Assembly (NCBI GenBank): GCA_965206645.1 | Contig: CBDBKE010000004.1 | Span: forward strand, 736,001 to 800,000 | Length of the DNA: 64,000 nt | Direction: 5' to 3' | Source of the DNA: Terriglobia bacterium | GTDB taxonomy: Bacteria; Acidobacteriota; Terriglobia; JAJPHL01; JAPKYU01 | Shown here: piece by piece, positions 31,548-41,844 of the stretch | Position numbering within the stretch: the stretch's first letter is position 1 | Layout: every line of letters starts with the position of its first letter | Notes under the pieces: model-generated | The model's input: only the letters and a program-made list of their open reading frames with translations | What the model was told of the DNA's origin: nothing | The model's database searches: none | Position numbers and translations under genes: made by a program

Positions 31548-32552
31548 ATGCCGGCCAATCTGACCCCTGAATACCTGGCAGCCGAACAGCGGTTCAAAGC
31601 GGCCAGGAGCATCCCGGAGAAAATTGAGGCGTTGGAGGAGATGCTGTCCGCCATCCCCAAGCACAAGGGGACGGAAAAGATGCAGGCCGACCTGAAACGG
31701 CGCCTCTCCAAGCTCCGGGGCGAGGCGCAGAAAAAGGGCGGCACAGCGCGAACGCTGCCGATTTACCACGTCGAGCGAGAGGGCGCCGGCCAGGTCGCCC
31801 TGGTCGGTGCGCCTAACGTAGGCAAGTCACAGCTGGTGCGCCGGCTGACCCACGCCCGGCCCGAGGTGGCTGATTACCCGTTCACCACGCGTCTGCCCAC
31901 CCCCGGCATGATGCCGTTTGAAAACGTGCAGTTCCAACTGGTGGACCTGCCTCCGGTGTCGGACCAGTTCATGGAGAGCTGGGTGCCTACGCTGGTGCGG
32001 CAGTCCGACGCAACGGCTCTGGTAGTGGACTTGTCCGCCGACGACCTGCTGGAGGAGGTGGAAACCACGCAACTGCTTCTAGGGAAGCAAAACGTCCGTA
32101 TTGGAGTGCCGACCACGGCCGCCCCCGCGTTGGGAGCGGCCGTGAAGCGCACGCTGTTGGTGGGCAACAAGGTCGACCAACCCGGTGCTGAGGGAAATTT
32201 CGCCGCGCTGCGCGACCTGCTGGAGGAAAGTTCAACCGGCTGGTGTGCGGTCACCATGGTGGCGATATCGGCGGAAACAGGCGCCGGACTGGAGACGTTC
32301 AAGCGCGCCGTGTTCGACCTGCTGGAAGTGATCCGCGTCTTCACCAAGGCTCCCGGGAAGAAGCCCGACCTTGCGGCGCCTTATGTACTGAAGCGCGGCT
32401 CCACTGTGTTCGAAGCCGCCCAGCACGTGCACAAGGATTTTGCTTCCCAGCTCAAATTCGCCCGCATCTGGGGACACGGCAAGTTCGGAGGTCAGATGGT
32501 CCAGCGGGACTACGTGCTGGCTGACGGAGACATCCTCGAGCTCCACATCTAG
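31548..32552 (+). CDS. DRG/OBG-family GTPase with TGS domain
   Basis: GAPNVGKS, YPFTT, DLPP, NKVD, C-terminal TGS (LADGDILE). Confidence 0.9.
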   Translation: MPANLTPEYLAAEQRFKAARSIPEKIEALEEMLSAIPKHKGTEKMQADLKRRLSKLRGEAQKKGGTARTLPIYHVEREGAGQVALVGAPNVGKSQLVRRLTHARPEVADYPFTTRLPTPGMMPFENVQFQLVDLPPVSDQFMESWVPTLVRQSDATALVVDLSADDLLEEVETTQLLLGKQNVRIGVPTTAAPALGAAVKRTLLVGNKVDQPGAEGNFAALRDLLEESSTGWCAVTMVAISAETGAGLETFKRAVFDLLEVIRVFTKAPGKKPDLAAPYVLKRGSTVFEAAQHVHKDFASQLKFARIWGHGKFGGQMVQRDYVLADGDILELHI

Positions 32553-32680
32553 GTTGGTATGCAGTCCCAGACATTCGTCACTTGAATCAGCGACTTTTTC
32601 AAAAGAGTCATCAGAAACCAGGATTAAGAAAATGTATGTGCGCGCCAGGAGATCAGCCGGCGGAGCAGGCATCGCTTGGG

Positions 32681-32860
32681 CTAGCCGTGGCCGAACCTCA
32701 TCAACCAGCCCAGGACGAACACCACACCCAGGAAAGCGGCAAAGCACAAAGCTCCGTAGGTCAGGCGTTCGCGGATCGTGTCCTTGCTGATCACCGCGAA
32801 CACGACGGAGGTGAAGAAGGCGAAAATCGTCGCTGCCTGAAGATGAGTCAGGTTGAGCAT
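32681..32860 (-). CDS. Small two-TM membrane protein (59 aa)
   Basis: Manual translation MLNLTHLQAATIFAFFTSVVFAVISKD...GWLMRFGHG*; continues the minus-strand operon. Confidence 0.65.
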   Translation of the reverse strand: MLNLTHLQAATIFAFFTSVVFAVISKDTIRERLTYGALCFAAFLGVVFVLGWLMRFGHG

Positions 32861-32892
32861 CGGCCAGCTTCCATCAAACGTTTACCGGCAGG

Positions 32893-33300
32893 TCAATCCT
32901 TTCTCCTCATCGCGATGTCATAGGCGTCAAGCATAGCCAGGGCGTTGAGCAAGCCTGCCGTCAACAGGAACTTGGTGCCGTAGTCGGCAGCGGCAGAGGG
33001 TGGTTCCGGCATGTCATAGCTGAAGAATTTGGCCACCAGGTAGAGACCGCCGGCACCCAGGTCCGCCAGCCAGGCCAGCGTGTCCACGATGTCGCCGGGG
33101 TTATAGCGATACATCTTGCCGCGCATCGCCAGTCCCAGCAAGAACATTGTGACGACCGAAACCAGCAGCAGCGCGCCGCGTCCCCATTTCCGCTGCCAGA
33201 AGTGCCCGCCGCCGGGCACGAGCCAGCCCGCCAACACTGGCAAATAAGCGGCATAGTTTCTTTTTGCGCGCTCCGTTGTTTCAGATTTCTTGCTCATCAT
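32893..33300 (-). CDS. Hypothetical membrane protein
   Basis: AGWLVPGGGHF...AGLLNALAMLDAYD; overlaps the upstream stop. Confidence 0.75.
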   Translation of the reverse strand: MMSKKSETTERAKRNYAAYLPVLAGWLVPGGGHFWQRKWGRGALLLVSVVTMFLLGLAMRGKMYRYNPGDIVDTLAWLADLGAGGLYLVAKFFSYDMPEPPSAAADYGTKFLLTAGLLNALAMLDAYDIAMRRKD

Positions 33301-34493
33301 GACCCGGGCGTAATCCAGACAATTTCCCGCTGGATGGCGCCAGTCACTCGGGCATCTTGCTCATCCACGTACACGTTGACCTCGCTACGCACGCCGAATT
33401 CAGGCAGGTAGATGCCCGGCTCGACAGAAAAACAGGTTCGCAGGAAGATTTCGCGTTCGTCTTTCGTCTCCAAATTGTCGAGGTTAGCACCGTTGCCGTG
33501 CACCGACTCTCCCAGGGAGTGGCCGGTGCGGTGGAGAAAATATTCACCGTAGCCCCGCGCGGCGATGAAGCTCCGGACGGCCTGGTCCACCTCCCAGCCG
33601 CGTACCGGACGTTTCTGGCGGACCGCTGAAACGACGAATTCCACCCCCAGGTCGCGCGCCTCACGGACGATCTCGAAAATCCGGCGAAACTTTTCCGGCG
33701 GCTCGTTGTCCGCCGAGCTGCGGCCCACATACCCCACCCAGGTGACATCGTAATAGACGGCCCCGGGCCGGTTCTGCTTGCCCCACACATCGAGCAGCAC
33801 GAAATCGCCGCGGCGGATCGTCGCCGAGCCCTCGCGGCGCGGCTCGTAGTGCGGGTTGCCGCTGTTCTGGTTCACGGCCACAATCGGCACCTCACCCGTA
33901 ACCAACCCGGCGACCTGGAATTTCTCAAGAATGTATTGCTGGATGGCGAACTCGTCGGTGGGAACGCGGCGGCCGATTTCGGCGAAAGCAAGCGGCACAA
34001 TCTCGTCAATGGCGCGTCCAGCCGACAGGTGTGATTCCAGCGCTTCCGGAGTCCAACACGCTTCGAACATCTGCACCAGGTCCGCGGAGGAGACCACCTC
34101 TGTGCCAAAGCTGCGCACCATCTCTACTGTGCCTGCATCCACCAGCCCCACCAAGGGCAGCAGGTTGTTGGGAGAATACTGCATCGCCACCCGGCGCCGC
34201 CCGCGCACCATCTCCTCCACGCCGCTGCCCAGTTCCTGCCAGGAGGAGTAGGACCGCGCGCGTCCGGGCAGCGCGTCCAGTTGTGCGGCCTCGATACGGT
34301 GAACCAGCTTGAGAGGCTCACCCTCGCCCGGCACCAGGTAGAACCAGCGCCGGGTAGCCAGAGCGTTTTCATCCAGCCCCAGCACCCGGTAGGCGATCGG
34401 GTCGCGGTGATGGTGGTCGTAGAAGAGCCAGCCGTCCAGTTTCCGCTCCCGCAGCGCCTGCTGGATGAGCGCCATCCGGTTGAGATCAGTCAT
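33297..34493 (-). CDS. M24 (Xaa-Pro) aminopeptidase
   Basis: PHY, DVW, YDVTW, HRTGHSLG, SVEPGIY, GVRSE. Confidence 0.9.
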   Translation of the reverse strand: MTDLNRMALIQQALRERKLDGWLFYDHHHRDPIAYRVLGLDENALATRRWFYLVPGEGEPLKLVHRIEAAQLDALPGRARSYSSWQELGSGVEEMVRGRRRVAMQYSPNNLLPLVGLVDAGTVEMVRSFGTEVVSSADLVQMFEACWTPEALESHLSAGRAIDEIVPLAFAEIGRRVPTDEFAIQQYILEKFQVAGLVTGEVPIVAVNQNSGNPHYEPRREGSATIRRGDFVLLDVWGKQNRPGAVYYDVTWVGYVGRSSADNEPPEKFRRIFEIVREARDLGVEFVVSAVRQKRPVRGWEVDQAVRSFIAARGYGEYFLHRTGHSLGESVHGNGANLDNLETKDEREIFLRTCFSVEPGIYLPEFGVRSEVNVYVDEQDARVTGAIQREIVWITPGS

Positions 34494-35953
34494 GCGCTCG
34501 CACCCTCCGCGGCCTGGAAGAACGGCCGCCACTGCTCCTCGCGCGGGGGCGGCGTCGCCAAGCTGACCAGCACCAGGCAAAGCAGCGAGCCGAGCAACGC
34601 GGGATAGATCGCCTCGATGCCGGCCACGAACTGCGCTACCGCCTGTAAACCCTCGGCGGCCGCGGCCGGGTTGGCCAGCCGCGCCGTCAGGTTCCAGCCC
34701 ACCGTGATGACGGTGCCAACCGCTATGGAGGAGACCGCGCCGGCCCCATTGGCCCGCTTCCAGAAAAATACAGCCATCACCACCGGAGTAATGCCGGCGC
34801 TGTAGACAGTGTACGCATAGAGGGCCATGGCCAGGATTGAGGGCAAGAAACTCTGCAAGCCTACAGCGAAAAGACCCAGCAGGAGAACCATTGCGCGCGA
34901 CACCCAGATGAGCCGCGCCTGTCCCGCGCTGGGGTTGATAAAGCGCTGGTAAATATCGTGCACCAGGTTGGTGGCTGGAGAAAACAGGTAGTTGTTGGCC
35001 GTCGCCATGACCTTGGCGAAAATACCGCCCAGCATCACCGCCCCCAGCAGCGCCGGCAGGCCTCGCCGGACGGTGACCGGGATGATGTCGTGCGGGTTGA
35101 CGTCGCGGTACAGGGCGCTGCCCACCACGGCAATCAGCAGGATGATCGTCTCCAGCAAGACCGTGCCCACGATCCAGCCCACCACCGAGAGCCGGGCATC
35201 GCGCTCGCTTCGGGCCGAGAAGAACTTCTGGTACATGCTCTGGTTGCCAAGCAACAGCAGCATGCTGGGCAGGAAGAACCCCAGCGCGTTGCGCAACGAC
35301 AGCCGTCCCATGGGCGTGAAGTGCTCGGCAGGCAGAGCCGCCTGCAGGCCCTCCCAACCGCCGACCCGGCCCAGCAGCAACGGGAGAGCAATGACTGCCG
35401 AAATGCTCACGAGCAGGCCGATCACCAGGTCCAGATAGGCTACCGAGGACATCCCGGCCAGCGCGGTGAACAGAATCACGAAGCCAGCGACAATATACAT
35501 CCCGGTGCGCGCCGGCACCTCAGGGAAGATCAGGTGCAGCACCTCGCCCCCGCCTCGGAACTGGTAGCTGGTGATGGCCGTGTAAGCCAGCAGGATGGCG
35601 ATCGTGGCCGCGACCCGCGCCGTGACATTGAAGCGCGTCTCCAGCAGGTCCGGCACGGTGAATTGAGCGAAGCGGCGGGCGCGTCCGGCAATCATCGCGA
35701 TCACCAGCAACCCGGCCCAGCCACCGGCCGGCAGCCATAGCGCGGATAGCCCGTTGCGAAAGGCGTTTTCCCCGCCGGCAAACAGCGTACCCGCCCCAAT
35801 CCAGGACGACAGCAGCGTGAAGACCAACACTGGCCACGCCAGACTGCGCCCAGCCACCGTGAAATCGGCCTGCGTCTTCACCGTGCGCGCCCGCGCCAAG
35901 CTGACCACCAGCATGGTGGCTACGATCAGGACCAGGACAATGATGTAGAGCAC
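34490..35953 (-). CDS. Sodium:solute symporter family protein
   Basis: DFTVAGRSL, TVPDLLETRF, YQKFFSARS; many TM helices. Confidence 0.9.
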   Translation of the reverse strand: MLYIIVLVLIVATMLVVSLARARTVKTQADFTVAGRSLAWPVLVFTLLSSWIGAGTLFAGGENAFRNGLSALWLPAGGWAGLLVIAMIAGRARRFAQFTVPDLLETRFNVTARVAATIAILLAYTAITSYQFRGGGEVLHLIFPEVPARTGMYIVAGFVILFTALAGMSSVAYLDLVIGLLVSISAVIALPLLLGRVGGWEGLQAALPAEHFTPMGRLSLRNALGFFLPSMLLLLGNQSMYQKFFSARSERDARLSVVGWIVGTVLLETIILLIAVVGSALYRDVNPHDIIPVTVRRGLPALLGAVMLGGIFAKVMATANNYLFSPATNLVHDIYQRFINPSAGQARLIWVSRAMVLLLGLFAVGLQSFLPSILAMALYAYTVYSAGITPVVMAVFFWKRANGAGAVSSIAVGTVITVGWNLTARLANPAAAAEGLQAVAQFVAGIEAIYPALLGSLLCLVLVSLATPPPREEQWRPFFQAAEGASA

Positions 35954-35955
35954 AA

Positions 35956-36237
35956 CTAGGTCTTCTTGTTCTCGATTTCCTGGAACAGCAGTGACTCTTC
36001 GCCTCCCGCTGCCTCCACTTCCACGACTTTATGCGGCGAACGGTGCCCGGAGACGATCTGGACGGCCGAGCGTGGCACACGCCACATGGTAGCGAGAAAC
36101 TCGATGAGTGCGCGGTTGGCTTTGCCCTCCACTGCCGGCGTGGCGATCTCCACTTTCCACTCCTCTCCCAGTTTTCCCGCCACGCGCGAGCGCCGCGCGC
36201 CAGCGCGAACTTTGACGCGCAGCCGCATCACGTTCAT
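35956..36237 (-). CDS. DUF167 (YggU) family protein
   Basis: PAVEGKANRALIEFLA...SGHRSPHK. Confidence 0.85.
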   Translation of the reverse strand: MNVMRLRVKVRAGARRSRVAGKLGEEWKVEIATPAVEGKANRALIEFLATMWRVPRSAVQIVSGHRSPHKVVEVEAAGGEESLLFQEIENKKT

Positions 36238-36953
36238 CCCGGAGCCGGCCGCGCGGGGCGTGGGCGTTCTCCGAAAATCGCAGTGCCCACACGCAGGACC
36301 GTCGCCCCCTCTTCGACTGCCACTTCCAAGTCGTGGCTCATGCCCATAGACAGCTCTTCGAGGCTCAGCCGCTCGGCCCACTGGCGCAGCCGCCGGAAGT
36401 AAGGCCGTGCCGCTTCCGGATCCTCAGTGAAAGGCGGCATAGTCATCAGCCCGCGCAGTTCCAGGTGGGGCAGCGCCGCCACCTCACGCGCCAGTTCCGG
36501 CAGTGCCTCCTCCGGACAGCCAGCCTTAGCGAGCTCCGGGCTCAGCTTCACCTGAAGGAACACCGGAAGTGCACCCACCTCGTCGGCATTCGAGCTGCCG
36601 CTCGCCACCGCCTCGTTCAAGCGGTGTGCCAGGTGCGTGCTGTCCACGGTCTCAATGACGCGGAACAGCTGGACCGCGCGCCGGGCTTTGTTCGATTGCA
36701 GGTGCCCCACCAGGTGCCACTCGGCACCGGCGAGTTCCAGCAGTGGCCGCTTCTGCTCGAACTCCTGGATGCGATTTTCGCCGAAATGCCGCTGGCCGGC
36801 CTCATAGGCCTCGCGGATGCGCTCAGGTGGCTGGGTCTTGGTCACCGCCAACAGCAGCACCTCCCGGCGCGGCACGCCGGCGCGCACGGCGCCCCCCAGC
36901 GCGCGCTCGACGCGCGCCCGCACCGCAGCCAGGTTTTCACGGATGGAAGACAC
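36234..36953 (-). CDS. yggS: PLP homeostasis protein
   Basis: AVTK, FGENRIQE, HLVGHLQSNK, GLMTMPP, LSMGMSHD, RVGTAIFG. Confidence 0.93.
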   Translation of the reverse strand: MSSIRENLAAVRARVERALGGAVRAGVPRREVLLLAVTKTQPPERIREAYEAGQRHFGENRIQEFEQKRPLLELAGAEWHLVGHLQSNKARRAVQLFRVIETVDSTHLAHRLNEAVASGSSNADEVGALPVFLQVKLSPELAKAGCPEEALPELAREVAALPHLELRGLMTMPPFTEDPEAARPYFRRLRQWAERLSLEELSMGMSHDLEVAVEEGATVLRVGTAIFGERPRPARPAPG

Positions 36954-37003
36954 GCCTGCCCGGCAAACTGAAAATTCTATCATGCTATGATGAGCGCTCT
37001 GCC

Positions 37004-37669
37004 ATGTCGGATCGTCGCGGTAAATTCATTACCTTCGAAGGCATTGACGGCTCAGGAAAGACCACTCAACTGGAGATGCTGGCCGAACGCTTGCGGGACC
37101 GCGGCATTGCGGTGACCACGGCGAAGGAGCCGGGAGGTACGCCGGTCGGCGCGGCCATACGTCGCATCCTGCTGGATTCAGCGACAGCGCGCCTGTCGCC
37201 TTTAGCCGAGCTGCTGCTCTATTTCGCCTCCAGGACGCAGAACCTGGAGGAAATCATCCGGCCGGCGCTCGAGGAGAGGCGAGTGGTACTCTGTGACCGT
37301 TACGTGGATGCCTCGGCTGCTTATCAGGGGTGTGGGCGCGGCCTGGGCACGGAACTGGTCTCCGAGGTGGAGCGGATTGCCTGCGGCGGCCTGAAGCCCG
37401 ACCTGACCTTCCTGCTGGACATCGAGCCCGCCACCAGCGTGGCGCGGGCGTTGGAGCGAAATCGCAGCAGCACGGCGGCCGGCCAGCAAGATGAGAGCCG
37501 GTTCGAGCAGGAAAGCCCGGAGTTTTTTGAGCGCGTCCGCCGCGGCTACCTGGACATCGCCGCCCACGAGCCCGGCCGCGTGGTGGTGGTCCCCGGCGAG
37601 CGCACCCGCCAGGCGATTCACGCTGACATCTGGCAGCAGGCGAGGCGGCTGCTAGGAATTTCAGATTGA
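37004..37669 (+). CDS. tmk: Thymidylate kinase
   Basis: FITFEGIDGSGKTTQ, EPGGT, CDRY, AYQG. Confidence 0.95.
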   Translation: MSDRRGKFITFEGIDGSGKTTQLEMLAERLRDRGIAVTTAKEPGGTPVGAAIRRILLDSATARLSPLAELLLYFASRTQNLEEIIRPALEERRVVLCDRYVDASAAYQGCGRGLGTELVSEVERIACGGLKPDLTFLLDIEPATSVARALERNRSSTAAGQQDESRFEQESPEFFERVRRGYLDIAAHEPGRVVVVPGERTRQAIHADIWQQARRLLGISD

Positions 37670-37786
37670 AGGGTGTGAAACCGGCTCGGGCGTTGTGTTT
37701 TGGAACTGACGGCGTTGGGGGCTGATCTCCCACCGGCAGGTGTTCTTCAATCGTAAATCCGAAATCTGAAATCCGAAGTCACTGAG

Positions 37787-38905
37787 ATGGGTTGGGAACG
37801 CTTTCGTGGTAACAGCGCCATCGTGGCCTCCGTGCGGCGGATGATCCGCAGCCGACGGCTGCCCCACAGCTTGGCCCTGGCGGGTCCGCCCGGCGTGGGC
37901 AAGCACACGATGGCGACCATGGTGGCGCGGACGATCAACTGTTTGGATAAAACCGCCTACGAGCGGGCCGACTTCTGCGGCGAATGCTGGAATTGCAAGG
38001 CCATTGCTGAACTGGAAACTTACGAGGACCACCCGGAGTTGGGCAAAATCGTGGCCGAACGGCCGCGGCTGTCGCTGCAGGAACGCAAAGAGAACCCGCT
38101 GCTGCTAAGTACTCACCCGGACATCTTCGTGTTGCCGCCGGACGGCAAGGCGCAGCAAATCTCCATTCACCAGGTGCGCCGGATGATCGCGCTGGCGCAA
38201 TACCGGCCTTCCCGGGCACGGCAGCGCGTGTTCATTTTGGACAATGTCGACCGCACCGACGAAGTTGCAACCAGCGCCATGCTGAAAATCCTGGAAGAGC
38301 CGCCGGCGGATACTCTGCTGCTGCTGACTGCAGTCTCCTACTTCCGGCTGCTCCCGACGGTGCGGTCGCGGGCCTTTCCCCTGCATCTGGCGCCGCTCGG
38401 AAGCGAGGAAGTGGAGCGGCTGCTGGAGGCGCTGCCGTGGAGCCCGGCCGAGAAACGGCTGGCGGCCCGGCTCTCCGAGGGCAGCCCCGGGATTGCCCGC
38501 CGAATGGATCTGGAGGAATCGCGGCGCCTGCGCGGAGAACTGCTGGCGCTGCTCCGCGACGGGCTCGAAAGCCGCAACTTCGGCGGCTTGTTCGCGCGCA
38601 CACAAAGCCTGGCGCAAGCCCGGGAAGAAAAACTTGAAAAACTGCTTGGTCTCTTTTATAGTCTGTTCCACGACGTTTTGTACCTCGTCGTGAGCCGGGA
38701 AACCGGAGCTCCGAGTCGCCCCCTGCGCAACCTGGATCTGGAGAAAGAACTGGCTGGGATCGCGCGCCATGTGGACTGGGAGTGGATCAGGCGTGCCACA
38801 GGGCGGCTCGATCGCCTGGATCGCCTGCTCCGGAGAAACATTAACAAGCAGGTAGCCCTGGAAGCATTGGCGGTATCGCTCCGCCGGGAGCGGACAGGTC
38901 TGTGA
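37787..38905 (+). CDS. holB: DNA polymerase III delta' subunit
   Basis: GPPGVGK, CGECWNC, HPD, LKILEEPP, TVRSR; follows tmk. Confidence 0.88.
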   Translation: MGWERFRGNSAIVASVRRMIRSRRLPHSLALAGPPGVGKHTMATMVARTINCLDKTAYERADFCGECWNCKAIAELETYEDHPELGKIVAERPRLSLQERKENPLLLSTHPDIFVLPPDGKAQQISIHQVRRMIALAQYRPSRARQRVFILDNVDRTDEVATSAMLKILEEPPADTLLLLTAVSYFRLLPTVRSRAFPLHLAPLGSEEVERLLEALPWSPAEKRLAARLSEGSPGIARRMDLEESRRLRGELLALLRDGLESRNFGGLFARTQSLAQAREEKLEKLLGLFYSLFHDVLYLVVSRETGAPSRPLRNLDLEKELAGIARHVDWEWIRRATGRLDRLDRLLRRNINKQVALEALAVSLRRERTGL

Positions 38906-39074
38906 GCTGCGGCGCCGCGACTCGTTCCTGTTGCACGGCGGCGGCCGACTGTGATAGGTTGGCTTTAACGACATCCCAAGTTCTGCAATCTAGTATGGAG
39001 TCCGGGTTGGTCCCCTCCGAGCCGGTCAGTGGCGGGATGCGGAGTGCAAAAGGAAACCAGCAAGGAGCAATAGG

Positions 39075-39398
39075 GTGAATCGCAAACTTATCCGCCCATC
39101 CCTGACGGAGATCAAGGAGCAGTCTCCGGACCGCCCCCCGCGTAAGAAGCCCACGCCTCCGGAAACCACCAACGCTGAAAATTTTTACTATGTCAAGCAG
39201 ATGCAGGCCCACACATCAATGGTGGTGGTGTTGCAAGACGGCGAACAGATTCGAGGTGTGATCGAGTGGTACGACAAGAACTGCATTAAAGTGAATCGAG
39301 TGACGGGGCCGAACCTGCTCATCTACAAGCCGACCATCAAGTATCTCTTCAAGGAGCAAGATCAGCAGAACAACACGGAAGAAAATACAGGCGCCTGA
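39075..39398 (+). CDS. Hfq/Sm-like RNA chaperone
   Basis: VVVLQDGEQIRGVIEWYDK...LLIYKPTIKY Sm1/Sm2 pattern. Confidence 0.75.
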   Translation: MNRKLIRPSLTEIKEQSPDRPPRKKPTPPETTNAENFYYVKQMQAHTSMVVVLQDGEQIRGVIEWYDKNCIKVNRVTGPNLLIYKPTIKYLFKEQDQQNNTEENTGA

Positions 39399-39448
39399 AC
39401 GGCATTCGTCTGGTGACCTGGCGGAGCCTGTTCCCTGTTCGCTTAGGG

Positions 39449-39925
39449 CTAGCTCTGCCTGTCCCGCTGCTCCAGCCGGTAGCGGCGGCGAGCTTCAGCT
39501 TGCTGGTAACGCCGCTTTTGTTCCTCGGTTTCGGGAATCACCGGCGGGATGGCCGTCGGCTTCCCTTCCCTGTCCAAAGCCACCATCGTCACGTAGGCCG
39601 AGCTGGTCGGCCGGCGCTCTCCGGTTAGCGGGTTCTCGCTGAACACTTTTACGCCTACTTCCATCGAACTGCGGAAGACGCGGTTCACGGAGGCTTTCAG
39701 CAGGACCAGCTCGCCGACCCGGATCGGATGGCGGAAATCCACGTGGTCCAGCGACGCGGTGACCACGAAGCGGCCGGCGTGGCGCTGGGCGGCAATGGCT
39801 GCCGCGATGTCTACCAAGTGGAGAACCTTGCCTCCCAGGATGTCTCCCAACGGATTGGCATCGTTGGGCAGCACCATCTCGACCATCTCTGTCTGGGACT
39901 CGCAAACGGGCTTGCCTTCGTGCAT
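39449..39925 (-). CDS. Acyl-CoA thioesterase (hotdog fold)
   Basis: PNDANPLGDILGG, VTAS, SSMEVGVKV. Confidence 0.92.
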   Translation of the reverse strand: MHEGKPVCESQTEMVEMVLPNDANPLGDILGGKVLHLVDIAAAIAAQRHAGRFVVTASLDHVDFRHPIRVGELVLLKASVNRVFRSSMEVGVKVFSENPLTGERRPTSSAYVTMVALDREGKPTAIPPVIPETEEQKRRYQQAEARRRYRLEQRDRQS

Positions 39926-40029
39926 AGGCTTGGGATTTCAGTATCTCTCAGTTCCGGTCAGCCCCGCCAGACCAGGCTACTAGGCCAGGCTACCAGACCA
40001 GACTATTGGTTGGACCACCTGTCCCGACA

Positions 40030-40470
40030 TCAACTGCTGGCCGCTGAAGCTTTGCGCCTTCGGTAAGCACCCAGGTATACCAGCGCTTGCCGGCGAAGGT
40101 TGCGGTCGGCGGGAGGTGTCGCCCAGCCCTGCCGGGCCGGCAAATACTCCAGCGTACCGTGGCTGAAGGGGCGGTAGTCACGCTCCTGCACGTAGGTGAT
40201 CGCCACGCGGTCGGGTGTGTCCCGGCTCAGAGCAAACCGCGCTGCGTCAACTTGGCAGCCCTGGGGAAAGCGCGGGCATTTGCCGCGCACGTAGCCCAGG
40301 TTGCACAGGTTCTTCAGTTCCTCGGCCTTGGGATGATAAGGCACGGCTTTAGCGCGACACTCCCCCTGAAAGGGATCCCCGAGCGGCATGGGCCGATCGG
40401 TTCGCCAGCGTTGCTCAACTAAGTGTTGCCCAACTACAGGCTCGGTCGGATAGAAGAACGGGCAAGCCAT
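40030..40470 (-). CDS. Hypothetical Cys-containing protein
   Basis: MACPFFYP...CNLGYVRGKCPRFP. Confidence 0.65.
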   Translation of the reverse strand: MACPFFYPTEPVVGQHLVEQRWRTDRPMPLGDPFQGECRAKAVPYHPKAEELKNLCNLGYVRGKCPRFPQGCQVDAARFALSRDTPDRVAITYVQERDYRPFSHGTLEYLPARQGWATPPADRNLRRQALVYLGAYRRRKASAASS

Positions 40471-40593
40471 CAGACTGCTCTCCGTCCAAAGTCGCCAAAG
40501 TCGCCCGAAGTCGAAAGTCGCAAGCCTGAAGTGGCCCTTGCTGTCAGCCACCCCGTGTGGACCCTGGACCGGGTATGATATGCTGGCTGGCCC

Positions 40594-40962
40594 ATGAGTT
40601 CAAAGCCAGAACCCCCGATCACGAAACCACGACTGGAACTGTTGCAGGAGATGGCCGCGCAGGACCCGCAAAATACTTTCCTGCGCTATGGCCTGGCCCA
40701 AGAGTACGCGAACAGCGGGTGCCTCCAAGAAGCCATCGCGGAGTTCGGCCGATTGCTGGAGGTCAACCCTGACTATGAGGCAGCCTACTTCCACGGCGGC
40801 CGGGCTCTTGAGAACTTGGAGCGCCTGGAAGAGGCGCGCCAGATGTACCAGCGCGGCATCGAGGTTTGCGGGCGCACAGGAAACCAGCATACTGGCTCCG
40901 AGATGCAGGCGGCACTGGACGAACTCCTCCAGCGATTGAACCGACCTGCTGGCAGCGGTTGA
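40594..40962 (+). CDS. TPR protein
   Basis: DPQNTFLRYGLAQEY...PDYEAAYFHGG. Confidence 0.85.
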   Translation: MSSKPEPPITKPRLELLQEMAAQDPQNTFLRYGLAQEYANSGCLQEAIAEFGRLLEVNPDYEAAYFHGGRALENLERLEEARQMYQRGIEVCGRTGNQHTGSEMQAALDELLQRLNRPAGSG

Positions 40963-41004
40963 ACCGACCCGCTGGCAGCGGGTAGGTCCACCCCACATCC
41001 TCTC

Positions 41005-41787
41005 CTAGGAATCACGGAACAGCCGGGCCAGCAGCCGGTCTGTGGTGCCGGGAAACCAGCGAGAAAGACCAATGAAGGCGCGCAGCGCGCCCGGCACCAT
41101 GATTTCCCGCTTCTCCTTGCGGGAACCCGCCACGATGGCTCGCGCACAACGCTCGGCCGAGATGCCGCCCCTCCGGCTGCGATACCCCTGCGGCACCGTA
41201 CCCCAGTAGGCATTGTCAGCGAACGGAGTACGGATCCGGCCGGGATAGACGCCCAGCACGTGGATGCCGAAGGGTTTCACCTCCACGCGCAGCGAATCGG
41301 TCAAGGCCCGCAACGAGAACTTGCTAGCCGCATAGGCGCCCATTGCCGGCATTGCCACATACCCCGCGACCGAGGAGACGTTGATGATCTGCCCCTGACG
41401 CCGATACTTCATCTGGGGCAGTACGGTTTGGATCAGGTGGATCGGCGCAAATACGTTGAGCGCAAACAGGCGCTGGAACTGCACGCGGTCCATGTCGCTC
41501 AGCGTCGAGAATAATCCCACACCAGCGTTGTTCACCAGGACGTCGACGCGGCCGAAGCGCTGCAGGCCGCGGTCCACGAGCTCGGCGATCTGGCGGGGAT
41601 CCGTCAGGTCGGTGGGCACGGCCAGCGCCCGGCCTTGTGGCAACCTGGAGACCACCTGCTCGAGCCGCTCGGTCGAGCGGGCCGCTAGCACCAGCTGCGC
41701 TCCTTCGTCGGCGTAGGCGCGGGCCAGCGCTTCGCCGATCCCCATCGAGGCTCCCGTAATCAACACCACGCGCTCTGCCAATTCCAT
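41005..41787 (-). CDS. Short-chain dehydrogenase/reductase
   Basis: TGASMGIG, NNAG, YAASK. Confidence 0.93.
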   Translation of the reverse strand: MELAERVVLITGASMGIGEALARAYADEGAQLVLAARSTERLEQVVSRLPQGRALAVPTDLTDPRQIAELVDRGLQRFGRVDVLVNNAGVGLFSTLSDMDRVQFQRLFALNVFAPIHLIQTVLPQMKYRRQGQIINVSSVAGYVAMPAMGAYAASKFSLRALTDSLRVEVKPFGIHVLGVYPGRIRTPFADNAYWGTVPQGYRSRRGGISAERCARAIVAGSRKEKREIMVPGALRAFIGLSRWFPGTTDRLLARLFRDS

Positions 41788-41844
41788 GTCGTCTATTGTG
41801 CCTCAACTGCGGTGCTCCGCGCCCGGTGATACCATGGAGCAGGC

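Noticed and set aside
37755-37780. AAATC(C/T)G heptamer repeats
   Set aside because: Short common intergenic microsatellite with no further structure.
40937-40995. AACCGAC and TAGGTCCAC resembling site parts
   Set aside because: Order and spacing do not fit the site; explained by a 23-bp tandem duplication at a gene end.
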